Part shown: in pieces, positions 9,900-19,743 of the stretch
Layout of the letters: each line of letters starts with the position of its first letter
How positions within the stretch are numbered: position 1 is the stretch's first letter
From: an uncultured Veillonellaceae bacterium
GTDB taxonomy: Bacteria > Bacillota > Negativicutes > JARBTT01
Direction: 5' to 3'
Length of the DNA: 64,000 nucleotides
Assembly: GCA_963805085.1 (NCBI GenBank)
Contig: CAWDTA010000005.1
Span: forward strand, 608,001 to 672,000
Program-made: the position numbers and the translations under genes
The notes under the pieces: model-generated
Told to the model about the DNA's origin: nothing
The model's input: only the letters and a program-made list of their open reading frames with translations
Database searches by the model: none

Positions 9900-11753
9900 A
9901 TGATAAAACTTACACCTGCTGTCATCAATGCGGTAATGAAACCAGCTCGGTATACTGGCAATGAGCTTAATGCAGTGAAGAAAGACCACGCAAACGTTGA
10001 CTTTACGATTGCGTTATCACTACCAGATGTCTACGAAGTTGGCATGTCAAATTTGGGACTGAAAATTTTATATCAAGTGCTCAATAATCGCACCGATATA
10101 GCAGCGGAACGGGTTTTTTCTCCGTGGATTGATATGGAAGAAAAAATGCGAGAAAACGATATTGAGTTGTATTCTCTAGAAACTTTCACACCAATTCTTG
10201 AATTTGATATGGTCGGTTTTTCTTTGCAATATGAGATGATTTATTCTAATGTGATTAATATGTTAGATTTAGCAAAGATTCCGTTACTGACAGTAGATCG
10301 TAGGGAGGAAGACCCTTTTATTATTGGCGGTGGTCCATGTGTTTATAATGCAGAGCCGGTAGCAGATTTCTTTGACTTTTTCGTTGTTGGTGAAGGGGAA
10401 GAGGTAATCCTTGAAGTCGCGGATGCCTTTATCGCTTGGAAAAAAGAAGATAAAATCGGTGGAAGAAGTGAACTTTTACGCCGTGTAGCAGGGCTTGATG
10501 GTATCTATGTACCGTCTTTTTATAACGTCACCTATGCTGAGAATCATATGATAACAAGTGTAGAGCCAATTTGCCGAGAAGCGAAACCAGTTGTCACAAA
10601 ACGACTGATTGCTGATATGGATGCAAGTGAGTTTGTGACAAATCCAGTTGTTCCTTATATTGATATCGTTCATGATCGTATTATGCTAGAGTTATTCCGC
10701 GGTTGTACGCGAGGGTGTCGTTTTTGTCAAGCCGGTGTGCTGTATCGTCCAGTAAGAGAACGTACACCAGAAAAATTATTATCGCTGGCCAAAGAACTTG
10801 TCGATAGCACTGGGTATGATGAAATGTCTTTGACCTCGCTTAGTTCAGCGGATTATTCGTGCCTTGGCGAATTGGTAAGCCATTTGATGGATACATTCCA
10901 TGAAGAAGGGATAAGCGTATCGTTGCCATCACTTCGCATTGATAGTTTTTCCATTGAGTTAGCGCATAAACTGCAACAGGTAAGAAAAAGCGGTTTAACC
11001 TTTGCACCAGAAGCAGGTACGCAGCGGTTGCGTGATGTGATCAACAAAGGTGTTACTGAAGAGAACTTAGAACAAGCGGTAACTGCTGCATTTCAGCAAG
11101 GTTGGACGAATGTAAAGTTATATTTTATGATCGGTTTACCTACAGAAACGGATGAAGATATCATTGGTATTGCGAATTTGGCACAAAAAGTCGTGAATTT
11201 ATATAAGGAAGTTAAGGGCAGACGTGGCGCGCGGGTTACGGTAAGTGTTTCCTCTTTTGTTCCGAAACCCCATACGGCATTTCAATGGTTTGCCCAAAAT
11301 ACTGAAGAAGAATTGGCGCGCAAACAACAATTATTAAGGGAAGCGATCAAAGATCGTTCAATTAATTATAAATATCATGATTCAAAGACGAGTTTCTTAG
11401 AAGGTGTTATCGCCCGTGGTGATAGAAAAATTGGACAAGTCATACGGGAAGCTTGGAAACAAGGTGCTAAATTTGATGGTTGGTCGGAACATTTTAAATA
11501 TGATGTATGGATGAATGCGTTTAAAACTTGCCACGTCGATCCAACTTTTTATAATCAACGTGAACATGCACAAGAAGAACTGCTACCTTGGGATCATATT
11601 AGCTCAGGGGCGAATAAAGAATTTTTGCTGCGCGAGTACAAGAATGCCATAACTGAAAAATTCACGCCAGATTGTCGGAGTGGAGAGTGTAGTGCTTGTG
11701 GCGTTTGTACAAACCTTAATGTGAAAGTCGTAGATTGGAGTCGTGAAGCGTAA
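9900..11753 (+). CDS. TIGR03960-like B12-binding radical SAM protein
   Basis: KPARYTGNE start, CTRGCRFC, APEAGTQRLR, C-terminal CxxxxCxxCxxC. Confidence 0.9.
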   Translation: MIKLTPAVINAVMKPARYTGNELNAVKKDHANVDFTIALSLPDVYEVGMSNLGLKILYQVLNNRTDIAAERVFSPWIDMEEKMRENDIELYSLETFTPILEFDMVGFSLQYEMIYSNVINMLDLAKIPLLTVDRREEDPFIIGGGPCVYNAEPVADFFDFFVVGEGEEVILEVADAFIAWKKEDKIGGRSELLRRVAGLDGIYVPSFYNVTYAENHMITSVEPICREAKPVVTKRLIADMDASEFVTNPVVPYIDIVHDRIMLELFRGCTRGCRFCQAGVLYRPVRERTPEKLLSLAKELVDSTGYDEMSLTSLSSADYSCLGELVSHLMDTFHEEGISVSLPSLRIDSFSIELAHKLQQVRKSGLTFAPEAGTQRLRDVINKGVTEENLEQAVTAAFQQGWTNVKLYFMIGLPTETDEDIIGIANLAQKVVNLYKEVKGRRGARVTVSVSSFVPKPHTAFQWFAQNTEEELARKQQLLREAIKDRSINYKYHDSKTSFLEGVIARGDRKIGQVIREAWKQGAKFDGWSEHFKYDVWMNAFKTCHVDPTFYNQREHAQEELLPWDHISSGANKEFLLREYKNAITEKFTPDCRSGECSACGVCTNLNVKVVDWSREA

Positions 11754-12436
11754 TGAAAAAGATTCGTACAGAAATAACTAAAGGGGAAGAACTTCGTTAT
11801 ATATCCCACCTTGACTACGCTTCCGCAATTGAAAGAGCAATCAGGCGGACTAAAATGCCGGTAGCATTTTCCGAAGGGTTTAATCCGCATATGAAAATTT
11901 CCTTTGCCTCAGCACTCGCGTTAGGGGTTACCAGTGCGACTGAATATATGGATGTGGAATTTAAAACAGATGTGGATTTAGATGAGTTTTGTGAGAAGAT
12001 TAAACAAGAGCTGCCACCAGGGGTTCAGTTGTTACAAGTGAAGCCATTAGAAGGTAAGCATCAAGCGCTAATGGCTATAATTGATTTGGCAACGTATCAA
12101 ATTACGATTCCTTTTATTGGGGATATTAGCGCAGTGGCAAAAGCGGTAGCAGAATATAATCAAGCCGAAACGGTGATGTATACGCGGTATTCACCGAAAA
12201 AAGGAAAAAAAGAAATTGAGATTAAACAATATATGAGTGAACCAGTTAAGGTAACGAAGAAAAATGACGATATCATATTTGATGTTGTGATTCATGTTAC
12301 GCCAGCAGGTAGCATAAAACCAGGTGAAGTGTTAAAGACATTGGTAGAAAACTTTACTATGCCAATTGATGTGACCGAAGCATTTATTCATCGCATAGGA
12401 TTATACTCTGGTGGCAAAACACCGATTGAACTGTAA
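11753..12436 (+). CDS. TIGR03936-like radical SAM-associated protein (DUF2344)
   Basis: RYISHLD, FSEGFNPH motifs; coupled to upstream radical SAM gene. Confidence 0.88.
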   Translation: MKKIRTEITKGEELRYISHLDYASAIERAIRRTKMPVAFSEGFNPHMKISFASALALGVTSATEYMDVEFKTDVDLDEFCEKIKQELPPGVQLLQVKPLEGKHQALMAIIDLATYQITIPFIGDISAVAKAVAEYNQAETVMYTRYSPKKGKKEIEIKQYMSEPVKVTKKNDDIIFDVVIHVTPAGSIKPGEVLKTLVENFTMPIDVTEAFIHRIGLYSGGKTPIEL

Positions 12437-12454
12437 GTTTGGAGAGATGAAACT

Positions 12455-13897
12455 ATGAAGTCCATTATCGTTAATGTTGTTCCAGAAGAAACTCGCATGG
12501 CAATATTAGAAGAGAATGAATTATTGGAAATCGCTGTAGAACGTACCCAAAGTGAACATGTGGTGGGTAATATTTACAAAGGAAAAGTTCAAAATGTATT
12601 GCCTGGTATGCAGGCTGCATTTGTCGATATTGGTTATGAAAAAAACGCATTTTTATATATTGGTGATGGATTACCGAAAAATGCAGTAAGTTCCATTTCT
12701 AGTAGTGAGATTTTTCATGTTGGGCAAAATGTATTGATTCAGATCGTAAAAGATGCTATAGGGACGAAGGGGCCACGTGCAACAACGCATTTGACTTTAC
12801 CCGGTCGTTATGTAGTGTTAATGCCGACGGTGGACTATATCGGTATTTCTAGGCGGGTTGATGATAATTTGGAACGTGAGCGCTTGAAAATTTTGGCGGA
12901 AAAAGTTTGCCCAGATGGTATGGGGATGATTGTTCGTACTGTGGCAAAAGGGAAAAGTGAAGATGTATTAAAAAAGGATATGGAATATCTCTGTAATCTT
13001 TGGAATGCACTTGTAGCGCGGAACAAAGTTTCGAGTTCGCCAACGCTTGTTTATCGCGATGCTGATTTGGTCATTAGAATTGTAAGGGATTATTTAAATG
13101 CTGATATTGACGAATTGGTCATTGATCATTATGAATCTTATATGCGTGTTTGTGATTTACTGAGTAATTCGCCAGAATTATTACAGCGTATTAAGCTATA
13201 TAAAGGTGCGGAAAATATATTTAGGCATTATCATCTAGAGGATGAAATTGCCAAGCTGGGCCAACGAGAATTGGAACTGAAATCGGGCGGGTCCATTGTC
13301 ATTGATAAAACAGAAGCTTTGACCGTTATTGATGTAAATACAGGGAAATTTGTTGGACAGACCAATTTAGCAGATACTGTTTTTCGTACAAATATGGAAG
13401 CTGCTGAGGAAATTACCAAACAGATTCGTTTGCGGGATATCGGCGGAATTATTATTATAGATTTTATTGATATGGAAACAGAAGAACAAAAACGAACGAT
13501 TTTAAAAGTCTTAGAAGAGAAAGTAAAATATGATAAGACAAAAACCAATATTGTAGATATTACTTCGCTTGGGCTAGTAGAGATGACACGCAAAAAATCG
13601 CGGCAGAATTTTGAAGGTATCATATATAGTAAATGTCCATATTGCGATGGGCGTGGTCGAGTACAGTCACCAGAGACGGTTAGTATTAATATCAGTCGTG
13701 AACTAAGACGTTTATCAAAGAAAAAGAAATTTGCTAGCGGGTATCATGTTCAAGTGCATCCACAGGTAAAAGTCTTATTTGAAAAATTGGGGCTAGTGGC
13801 GAATTTGGAAAAAGAAATCGCTTGTAAAATCGTAATTGAGGCAGTAGAATCGCTACATCCAGAAGTTTATTGCATTTTACAAGCAACTGATGATTGA
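12455..13897 (+). CDS. rng: Rne/Rng family ribonuclease
   Basis: S1 domain GNIYKGKV, IDVNTG, RLRDIGGIIIIDFID, CPYC Zn link. Confidence 0.93.
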   Translation: MKSIIVNVVPEETRMAILEENELLEIAVERTQSEHVVGNIYKGKVQNVLPGMQAAFVDIGYEKNAFLYIGDGLPKNAVSSISSSEIFHVGQNVLIQIVKDAIGTKGPRATTHLTLPGRYVVLMPTVDYIGISRRVDDNLERERLKILAEKVCPDGMGMIVRTVAKGKSEDVLKKDMEYLCNLWNALVARNKVSSSPTLVYRDADLVIRIVRDYLNADIDELVIDHYESYMRVCDLLSNSPELLQRIKLYKGAENIFRHYHLEDEIAKLGQRELELKSGGSIVIDKTEALTVIDVNTGKFVGQTNLADTVFRTNMEAAEEITKQIRLRDIGGIIIIDFIDMETEEQKRTILKVLEEKVKYDKTKTNIVDITSLGLVEMTRKKSRQNFEGIIYSKCPYCDGRGRVQSPETVSINISRELRRLSKKKKFASGYHVQVHPQVKVLFEKLGLVANLEKEIACKIVIEAVESLHPEVYCILQATDD

Positions 13898-13922
13898 CAA
13901 GCATATTTTCTTATGATAGAAT
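13894..13922 (+). promoter_or_regulatory. sigmaA promoter of rplU operon
   Basis: TTGACA-17-TAGAAT with extended TG. Confidence 0.8.
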
Positions 13923-13929
13923 TCTATGA

Positions 13930-14022
13930 TGTAAGCAAGGTGATTGCTTTCCCAAACCGCGCGGTGAGGTTAGAAAATAGCTTATGCTATACCGTAATCG
14001 GCGAGTATACATATAGGGAGGT
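13930..14022 (+). promoter_or_regulatory. probable L21 leader (ribosomal protein leader RNA)
   Basis: ~95-nt structured 5'UTR of rplU containing CCGC...GGCGAGT; position matches Firmicute L21 leader. Confidence 0.55.
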
Positions 14023-14028
14023 GTAATA

Positions 14029-14340
14029 ATGTACGCAATTATTCAAACTGGTGGTAAACAATATCGTGTTGCAGAAGGCGATGTTCTAATCATTGAAAAA
14101 CTTGAAGCTGAAGAAGGCGACGTTGTAGAATTTGATCAAGTTCTTACTGTTGTTAAAGAAGGCAAAGTTGTTGTTGGTAAACCTGTTGTTGAAGGTGCTA
14201 AAGTAACAGCTAAAGTTGAAGCTCAGGGTAAAGGCAAAAAGATTTTAGTTTTCAAATACAAAGCAAAATCTAATTATCGTAGACGTAAAGGTCATCGTCA
14301 ACCATATACTAAAGTAGTAATCGAAAAAATCGAAGCTTAA
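14029..14340 (+). CDS. rplU: 50S ribosomal protein L21
   Basis: [19 protein letters not shown]. Confidence 0.98.
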   Translation: MYAIIQTGGKQYRVAEGDVLIIEKLEAEEGDVVEFDQVLTVVKEGKVVVGKPVVEGAKVTAKVEAQGKGKKILVFKYKAKSNYRRRKGHRQPYTKVVIEKIEA

Positions 14341-14343
14341 TCG

Positions 14344-14664
14344 ATGATTAAGGTGAAAATTTTTCGTGATTTAACTGGCATGGTTACTGGTTTTAACGTA
14401 ACAGGTCATGCTGATACAGCTCCGCATGGTCAAGATATCGTTTGTGCAGCGGTGTCTGCTCTAACACAAACAGCTCTGCTGGGGTTAGGTAAACATCTAA
14501 AACGCGAATTGGATTTTGATATTGCGAGTGGTAAGTTGAAAGTTAGTTTAAAAGCTGCTCCAGATGAATTGACAAGTGCTATTTTTGAAACAATGATACT
14601 TGGATTAACTGAGATCGAAAATATAAATCCTAAAGGTGTTCACATCTTAGAGTACAGGAGGTGA
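14344..14664 (+). CDS. prp: ribosomal-processing cysteine protease Prp (YsxB)
   Basis: GHA...DIVCAAVS catalytic motif; between rplU and rpmA. Confidence 0.93.
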   Translation: MIKVKIFRDLTGMVTGFNVTGHADTAPHGQDIVCAAVSALTQTALLGLGKHLKRELDFDIASGKLKVSLKAAPDELTSAIFETMILGLTEIENINPKGVHILEYRR

Positions 14665-14665
14665 A

Positions 14666-14962
14666 ATGAGTATGTTTAATTTTGAATTACAGTTGTTCGC
14701 TCACAAAAAGGGTGTTGGTAGCACTCGTAACGGACGTGATAGCGAGTCGAAACGTCTTGGTGTAAAGCGTCAAGCAGGTACGGTTGTAACTGCTGGTAGC
14801 ATTTTAGTTCGCCAAAGAGGTACTCACTTCCATCCAGGGCAAAACGTAGGTATCGGCAAAGACGATACTTTATATGCTAAAGTTTCTGGTAAAGTGGCTT
14901 TTGAACGTAAAGGCCGTTATGACAGACAAATTAGTGTTTATGCTGTGGAAGAAGCTATCTAA
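14666..14962 (+). CDS. rpmA: 50S ribosomal protein L27 with Prp-cleaved N-terminal extension
   Basis: LQLF|[15 protein letters not shown]. Confidence 0.98.
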   Translation: MSMFNFELQLFAHKKGVGSTRNGRDSESKRLGVKRQAGTVVTAGSILVRQRGTHFHPGQNVGIGKDDTLYAKVSGKVAFERKGRYDRQISVYAVEEAI

Positions 14963-14967
14963 TAAAA

Positions 14968-15007
14968 AATACTACCTGCGCCTACTTGTAGACGCAGGTA
15001 TTGTTTT
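14968..15007 (+). terminator. intrinsic terminator after rpmA
   Basis: TACCTGCG-c-CTAC/GTAG-a-CGCAGGTA hairpin plus T-rich tail. Confidence 0.7.
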
Positions 15008-15014
15008 ATTAATA

Positions 15015-15071
15015 TTTGTGATGTATAAAAAGCTGGTATTAATTCAATACCAGCTTTTTATACATCACAAA
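15015..15071. repeat. perfect 26-bp inverted repeat
   Basis: TTTGTGATGTATAAAAAGCTGGTATT-aattc-AATACCAGCTTTTTATACATCACAAA. Confidence 0.9.
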
Positions 15072-15135
15072 CAGGAATTTTCCATATTAAGGCGAAAGTG
15101 TATTAAATGTCTATTACACGGAAGGTGATGATGAT

Positions 15136-15366
15136 ATGGAAAACATACCTAATCAAGTGGTATGCGAAGAAATGATTAAAATATTGCGGCGACAACGTCA
15201 TGATTTTATTAATCATATCCAAGTTGTACATGCCTATTTGCAATTAGGAAAAATCGAAAAAGCGTTGGCTTTTTTAGAAGAGTTGGCGAAAGACACAAAT
15301 AAAAACGATTTTTTTATGAAGTATACTTGTCAAGAAGAGTGCTCAAAAAAGGCAGATAAAGAGTAA
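15136..15366 (+). CDS. spo0B: Spo0B-like phosphotransferase, alpha-helical domain only (76 aa)
   Basis: RRQRHDFINHIQVVHAYLQLGK resembles Spo0B His-acceptor helix; syntenic rpmA-spo0B-obg position. Confidence 0.75.
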   Translation: MENIPNQVVCEEMIKILRRQRHDFINHIQVVHAYLQLGKIEKALAFLEELAKDTNKNDFFMKYTCQEECSKKADKE

Positions 15367-15426
15367 ATTTCACTTGAAATGTATATATTATAATTAAAAT
15401 ATTTCATAATGGTAAAGGGGTAAATC

Positions 15427-16698
15427 ATGTTTATAGATAGAGCTAGAATAATGATTAAAGCTGGGGATGGCGGTAATGGAATGTCGAGTTTTCGGCGAGA
15501 AAAGTTTGTGCCAAGAGGTGGCCCAAGTGGAGGCGATGGTGGTAGAGGTGCCAATATTGTCTTCGTTGTTGATGATAATACCAATACATTGATTGATTTT
15601 CGTTATAAACGTAAATTTGTCGGTGCCAATGGCGACAATGGTGGCACGAAAAACTGCTATGGACAGGTCGCAGAAGATTTACGCATTAAAGTTCCTGCTG
15701 GAACTTTAATCAAAGATGAAGCAACTGGCGAAGTCTTAGCTGATTTGACAGAAAAAGGGCAAGAAGTGATTTTGGCTTATGGTGGTCGTGGTGGTCGCGG
15801 TAATGCGAAATTTGCAAACAGTGTGAATCGTACCCCAACCTTTGCCGAGTTAGGCGAGCCAGGTGGTGATAAAACATTACTATTAGAATTGAAATTATTA
15901 GCAGATGTTGGTTTGGTTGGGTATCCAAGCGTTGGTAAATCTAGTATTATTTCTATGGTATCGGCAGCAAAACCTGATATTGCAGCCTATCATTTTACGA
16001 CGTTAACACCTGTCCTTGGGGTAGTCAGTTTAGGGGAAGGTCATAGCTTTGTTATGGCAGATATCCCAGGCTTGATTGAAGGTGCGCATGAAGGCGTAGG
16101 ATTAGGTCATGATTTCTTAAGGCATGTAGAACGTACGAAGATTATTTTGCACGTCATTGATGTATCGGGTATGGAAGGTCGCGATCCAATCGAGGATTAC
16201 CATAGAATCAATAAAGAGTTGAGACTCTATAATGAACGTTTAGCAAAACGCCCACAAATCATTGCTGCAAATAAAATGGATATTCCTGAAGCAAAAGAAA
16301 ATTATGAAAAATTAAAAGCCTTTGCAGAACAAGAAGGCATAGAAATATTCCCGGTTTCTGCTGCGACCAATGAAGGTCTAAAAGAAATGGTGGAACGCGT
16401 TTCAAAAGTTCTTGATGAATATGTGGAAGAACCAGAAGCTGTAGAAGAAGTAAAAGTATATGAAGCGAAATCAGATGATGAAGTTACGATTGGTCGTAAT
16501 GCAGTAGGTGATATTATTGTGAAAGGTAAGTCCCTTGAAAAATTAGTTGCAATGACAAATTTTGAAAATGATGAAGCACTGAAACGTTTCCAATATATCT
16601 GGCGTGTTAAGGGGATTGAAGATAAGTTAAAAGCTTATGGCGTTAAAGAAGGCGATACCATTTATATCGGTGAAATGCAATTTGACTACAAAGAATAG
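15427..16698 (+). CDS. obgE: GTPase Obg/CgtA
   Basis: Gly-rich Obg fold, GYPSVGKS, YHFTTL, DIPG, NKMD. Confidence 0.97.
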   Translation: MFIDRARIMIKAGDGGNGMSSFRREKFVPRGGPSGGDGGRGANIVFVVDDNTNTLIDFRYKRKFVGANGDNGGTKNCYGQVAEDLRIKVPAGTLIKDEATGEVLADLTEKGQEVILAYGGRGGRGNAKFANSVNRTPTFAELGEPGGDKTLLLELKLLADVGLVGYPSVGKSSIISMVSAAKPDIAAYHFTTLTPVLGVVSLGEGHSFVMADIPGLIEGAHEGVGLGHDFLRHVERTKIILHVIDVSGMEGRDPIEDYHRINKELRLYNERLAKRPQIIAANKMDIPEAKENYEKLKAFAEQEGIEIFPVSAATNEGLKEMVERVSKVLDEYVEEPEAVEEVKVYEAKSDDEVTIGRNAVGDIIVKGKSLEKLVAMTNFENDEALKRFQYIWRVKGIEDKLKAYGVKEGDTIYIGEMQFDYKE

Positions 16699-16710
16699 GA
16701 GCGAAGATTT

Positions 16711-17013
16711 TTGATAAAAGATACATTAACAGGCAAACAAAAAAGATTTTTACGGGCGATGGGGGCTACGATGGATCCAGTGGTGCAGATCGGCAAAGCA
16801 GGACTTGCTCCAGCAATTGTTATCAGTGCGATTGAAGCTGTCAATGCGCGTGAACTAATCAAGGTAAAGGTATTGCAAAATTGTTTTGAAGCGCCTACGA
16901 CAGTGTTACAAATGCTTGCAGAACGCTCAGATACTGAATTGGTTCAAATCATTGGACGCAATGGTCTTTTATATAAACCAAGCAAGGACAAACCCAAAAT
17001 CGAGCTTCCATAA
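16711..17013 (+). CDS. yhbY: CRM-domain ribosome assembly RNA-binding protein YhbY
   Basis: LTGKQKRFLR, PVVQIGKAG, ELIKVKVL. Confidence 0.93.
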   Translation: MIKDTLTGKQKRFLRAMGATMDPVVQIGKAGLAPAIVISAIEAVNARELIKVKVLQNCFEAPTTVLQMLAERSDTELVQIIGRNGLLYKPSKDKPKIELP

Positions 17014-17045
17014 CAAAGAAAATGATGAATCGTATGGAGGTAGCT

Positions 17046-18173
17046 ATGAATACGAGACAAGAATTAGTGAATGCAAAACGAATTGTTGTTAAAGTAGGAA
17101 CGAGTACATTAACACATAGTACAGGAAAACTTAATTTTTTTCGTATTGAAAAGTTGGTTCGGGAGTTATCTGATTTAGCCAATCAAGGCAAAGAAATCAT
17201 TTTGGTAACTTCTGGTGCTGTTGGTGCGGGCGTAGATCGGTTAGGTTTAAAAGAAAAGCCAGCAACAATTCCTGAAAAGCAAGCAATGGCAGCGGTGGGA
17301 CAGGGAATTCTCATGCATATGTATGAGAAGTTATTTGGCGAATATGGTCAAACAGTTGCCCAAGTATTATTAACACGTGAAAACTCTGTGAAGCATAAAC
17401 AATATATGAATTCACGTAATGCATTATTGACGCTCCTCAAAATGGGGGTTATTCCTGTTATCAATGAAAATGATGCGATTGCTGTAGATGAATTGAAAAT
17501 TGGTGATAATGACACTTTATCAGCAACCGTAGCTACGCTTGTAGATGCAGATGTATTGATTATTTTATCAGATATCGAAGGTGTTTATACAGCCAATCCA
17601 CAGAGTGATCCAACGGCTACCTTGTTCTTGGAGATTACAGATATTACACCAGAAATTGAAGCGTTAGCTGGTGGGGCTGGTTCCAAGCTCGGTACAGGTG
17701 GTATGTTTACCAAAATTCAAGCAGCAAAAATAGCGGTGAATTCTGGGGTGACGATGGTAATCGCTTCTGGTAACCGCGATGGTATCGTTCGTGATATTTT
17801 GAATGGTAAAGAGCTTGGTACGGTATTTCCCGCTAAAGAATATCATCTAAAAGTTAGAAAAAGTTGGCTTGCTTTTGGTACACGTATTGATGGTGGAATC
17901 TTAGTCGATGAAGGCTGTGAAAGAGCCATGCTCGAAGATGGTTCTAGTTTATTAGCAGCAGGAATAGTTGCGGTGGAGGGAACCTTTGATAAGGGGAATA
18001 CGGTGCGTATTTTATCTAGCCATGGTCGTGAGATTGCGCGCGGCAGTGTAAATTACAATGCAGAAGAATTACAGAAAATTATTGGCAGAAGCACAAAAGA
18101 TTTTCTGGAGATTTTAGGAACAAAGTACTATGATGAAGTGATTCATCGTGATAATATGGTATTAATGGTTTAA
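17046..18173 (+). CDS. proB: glutamate 5-kinase
   Basis: VVKVGTS, NENDA, GDNDTLS, GTGGMFTK, PUA domain; ATG after GGAGG. Confidence 0.96.
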   Translation: MNTRQELVNAKRIVVKVGTSTLTHSTGKLNFFRIEKLVRELSDLANQGKEIILVTSGAVGAGVDRLGLKEKPATIPEKQAMAAVGQGILMHMYEKLFGEYGQTVAQVLLTRENSVKHKQYMNSRNALLTLLKMGVIPVINENDAIAVDELKIGDNDTLSATVATLVDADVLIILSDIEGVYTANPQSDPTATLFLEITDITPEIEALAGGAGSKLGTGGMFTKIQAAKIAVNSGVTMVIASGNRDGIVRDILNGKELGTVFPAKEYHLKVRKSWLAFGTRIDGGILVDEGCERAMLEDGSSLLAAGIVAVEGTFDKGNTVRILSSHGREIARGSVNYNAEELQKIIGRSTKDFLEILGTKYYDEVIHRDNMVLMV

Positions 18174-18205
18174 AAATATCTGAATAGTACTAGGGAGGCA
18201 TTGTT

Positions 18206-19459
18206 ATGGCGTTGAAAGATCAAATAGAGGAAAAAGCCCAGAGAGCAAGTTTTGCGGCAAAAAAACTGGCCACGCTATCGGTGAATAGTAAAAATTATGC
18301 TTTATTGGTTATGGCAGATGCGTTAGAAGAACACATGGAAAAAATCTTGTCAGCAAATGATCAAGATTTAGCCAATGGGGTAGTCAAAAAGCTTGGCAAG
18401 CCATTATTGGATAGATTGATGCTTGATACGATTAGAATTAAAGCCATGGCAGAGGGACTTAGGCAGACCGCGAGCTTACCGGATCCAATTGGTGAAGGAC
18501 TCGGATCGTTTTGTCGACCGAATGGTCTTGAAATTCAAAAAGTAAGGGTTCCACTTGGTGTTATTGGCATTATTTACGAAGCTCGACCTAATGTTACAGT
18601 AGATGCTATAGGCTTATGCTTAAAGTCTGGTAATACGGTATTGCTTCGTGGCGGCTCAGAAGCAATTAAATCCAATATGGCGATTGTTGATATACTTACA
18701 GCAGCGGCTTATGATGCTGGTATCCCGGTTGGTTCAATTGAATTTATTGAGAATACCGAACATGAAGCTGTCAATGTGATGTTAAAGTTAAATAAGTATT
18801 TAGATGTCATTATCCCTCGTGGTGGTGCAGGTCTGATTAGAACGGTAGTGGAAAATAGTACCGTGCCTGTGATTGAAACTGGTACGGGCGTTTGTCATAC
18901 CTATATTGACGAAAGTGCCGACCTTAAGATGGCCTCTGAAATTGCATTGAATGCAAAAGTTTCTAGACCGGCTGTATGCAATTCTATGGAAACGCTACTG
19001 GTACATGAAAAAATCGCTGATTCTTTTTTGCCAGAAATGATTACGGCATTAGTGTCAGAGAGAGTGGAAGTTCGTGGTTGCGAAAAAACAATGAAGTATA
19101 ATGAATCGATTATTCGGGCGACAGAAGAAGATTGGTCAACGGAGTACGGAGATCTGATTTTATCCGTTAAAGTGGTCGCTTCAATTGATGAAGCGATTGA
19201 ACATATTAATAAGTACAATACCAATCATTCCGAAGCGATTATTACCAAAGATTATAATAATGCACGTAAGTTCCAAAGACAAGTAGATGCAGCAGCTATT
19301 TATGTGAATGCTTCAACACGGTTTACAGATGGCTTTGAGTTTGGTTTTGGTGCTGAAATAGGGATTAGTACACAAAAATTGCATGCCCGAGGCCCAATGG
19401 GGTTAGAAGCATTAACCAGTATCAAATATCTCATTTGTGGCAATGGTCAAATAAGATAA
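18206..19459 (+). CDS. proA: glutamate-5-semialdehyde dehydrogenase
   Basis: YEARPNVT, CNSMET, NASTRFTDG, HARGPMGL. Confidence 0.96.
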   Translation: MALKDQIEEKAQRASFAAKKLATLSVNSKNYALLVMADALEEHMEKILSANDQDLANGVVKKLGKPLLDRLMLDTIRIKAMAEGLRQTASLPDPIGEGLGSFCRPNGLEIQKVRVPLGVIGIIYEARPNVTVDAIGLCLKSGNTVLLRGGSEAIKSNMAIVDILTAAAYDAGIPVGSIEFIENTEHEAVNVMLKLNKYLDVIIPRGGAGLIRTVVENSTVPVIETGTGVCHTYIDESADLKMASEIALNAKVSRPAVCNSMETLLVHEKIADSFLPEMITALVSERVEVRGCEKTMKYNESIIRATEEDWSTEYGDLILSVKVVASIDEAIEHINKYNTNHSEAIITKDYNNARKFQRQVDAAAIYVNASTRFTDGFEFGFGAEIGISTQKLHARGPMGLEALTSIKYLICGNGQIR

Positions 19460-19473
19460 AAGACAAGGTGAAT

Positions 19474-19506
19474 AAAATGCTCATACTGATTGGTATGAGC
19501 ATTTTT
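19474..19506 (+). terminator. intrinsic terminator after proA
   Basis: AAAATGCTCATAC-tgattg-GTATGAGCATTTTT. Confidence 0.8.
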
Positions 19507-19520
19507 AAACAGTACGATTT

Positions 19521-19676
19521 ATGAAGAATTTATGCGGTTATCTAAAAACAATCTATCATTATTATCAAGATTCTAAAGGGCACCATGATATCGTTGATTA
19601 TGCGAGAGCAAGTTTGATTATGGTTACCACCATTGTTGTGTTTCTTATTGCAATCAAGTTAATTTGTGAAAAATAA
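19521..19676 (+). CDS. putative 51-aa small membrane protein (not in ORF track)
   Basis: MKNLCGYLKTIYHYYQDSKGHHDIVDYARASLIMVTTIVVFLIAIKLICEK; C-terminal hydrophobic helix; weak RBS. Confidence 0.55.
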   Translation: MKNLCGYLKTIYHYYQDSKGHHDIVDYARASLIMVTTIVVFLIAIKLICEK

Positions 19677-19743
19677 CTGCAATTGAAGACTATAGGCGTT
19701 GCTTATGATATAATGGTTACAAAAATACGCTAGGAGCAGTTTT

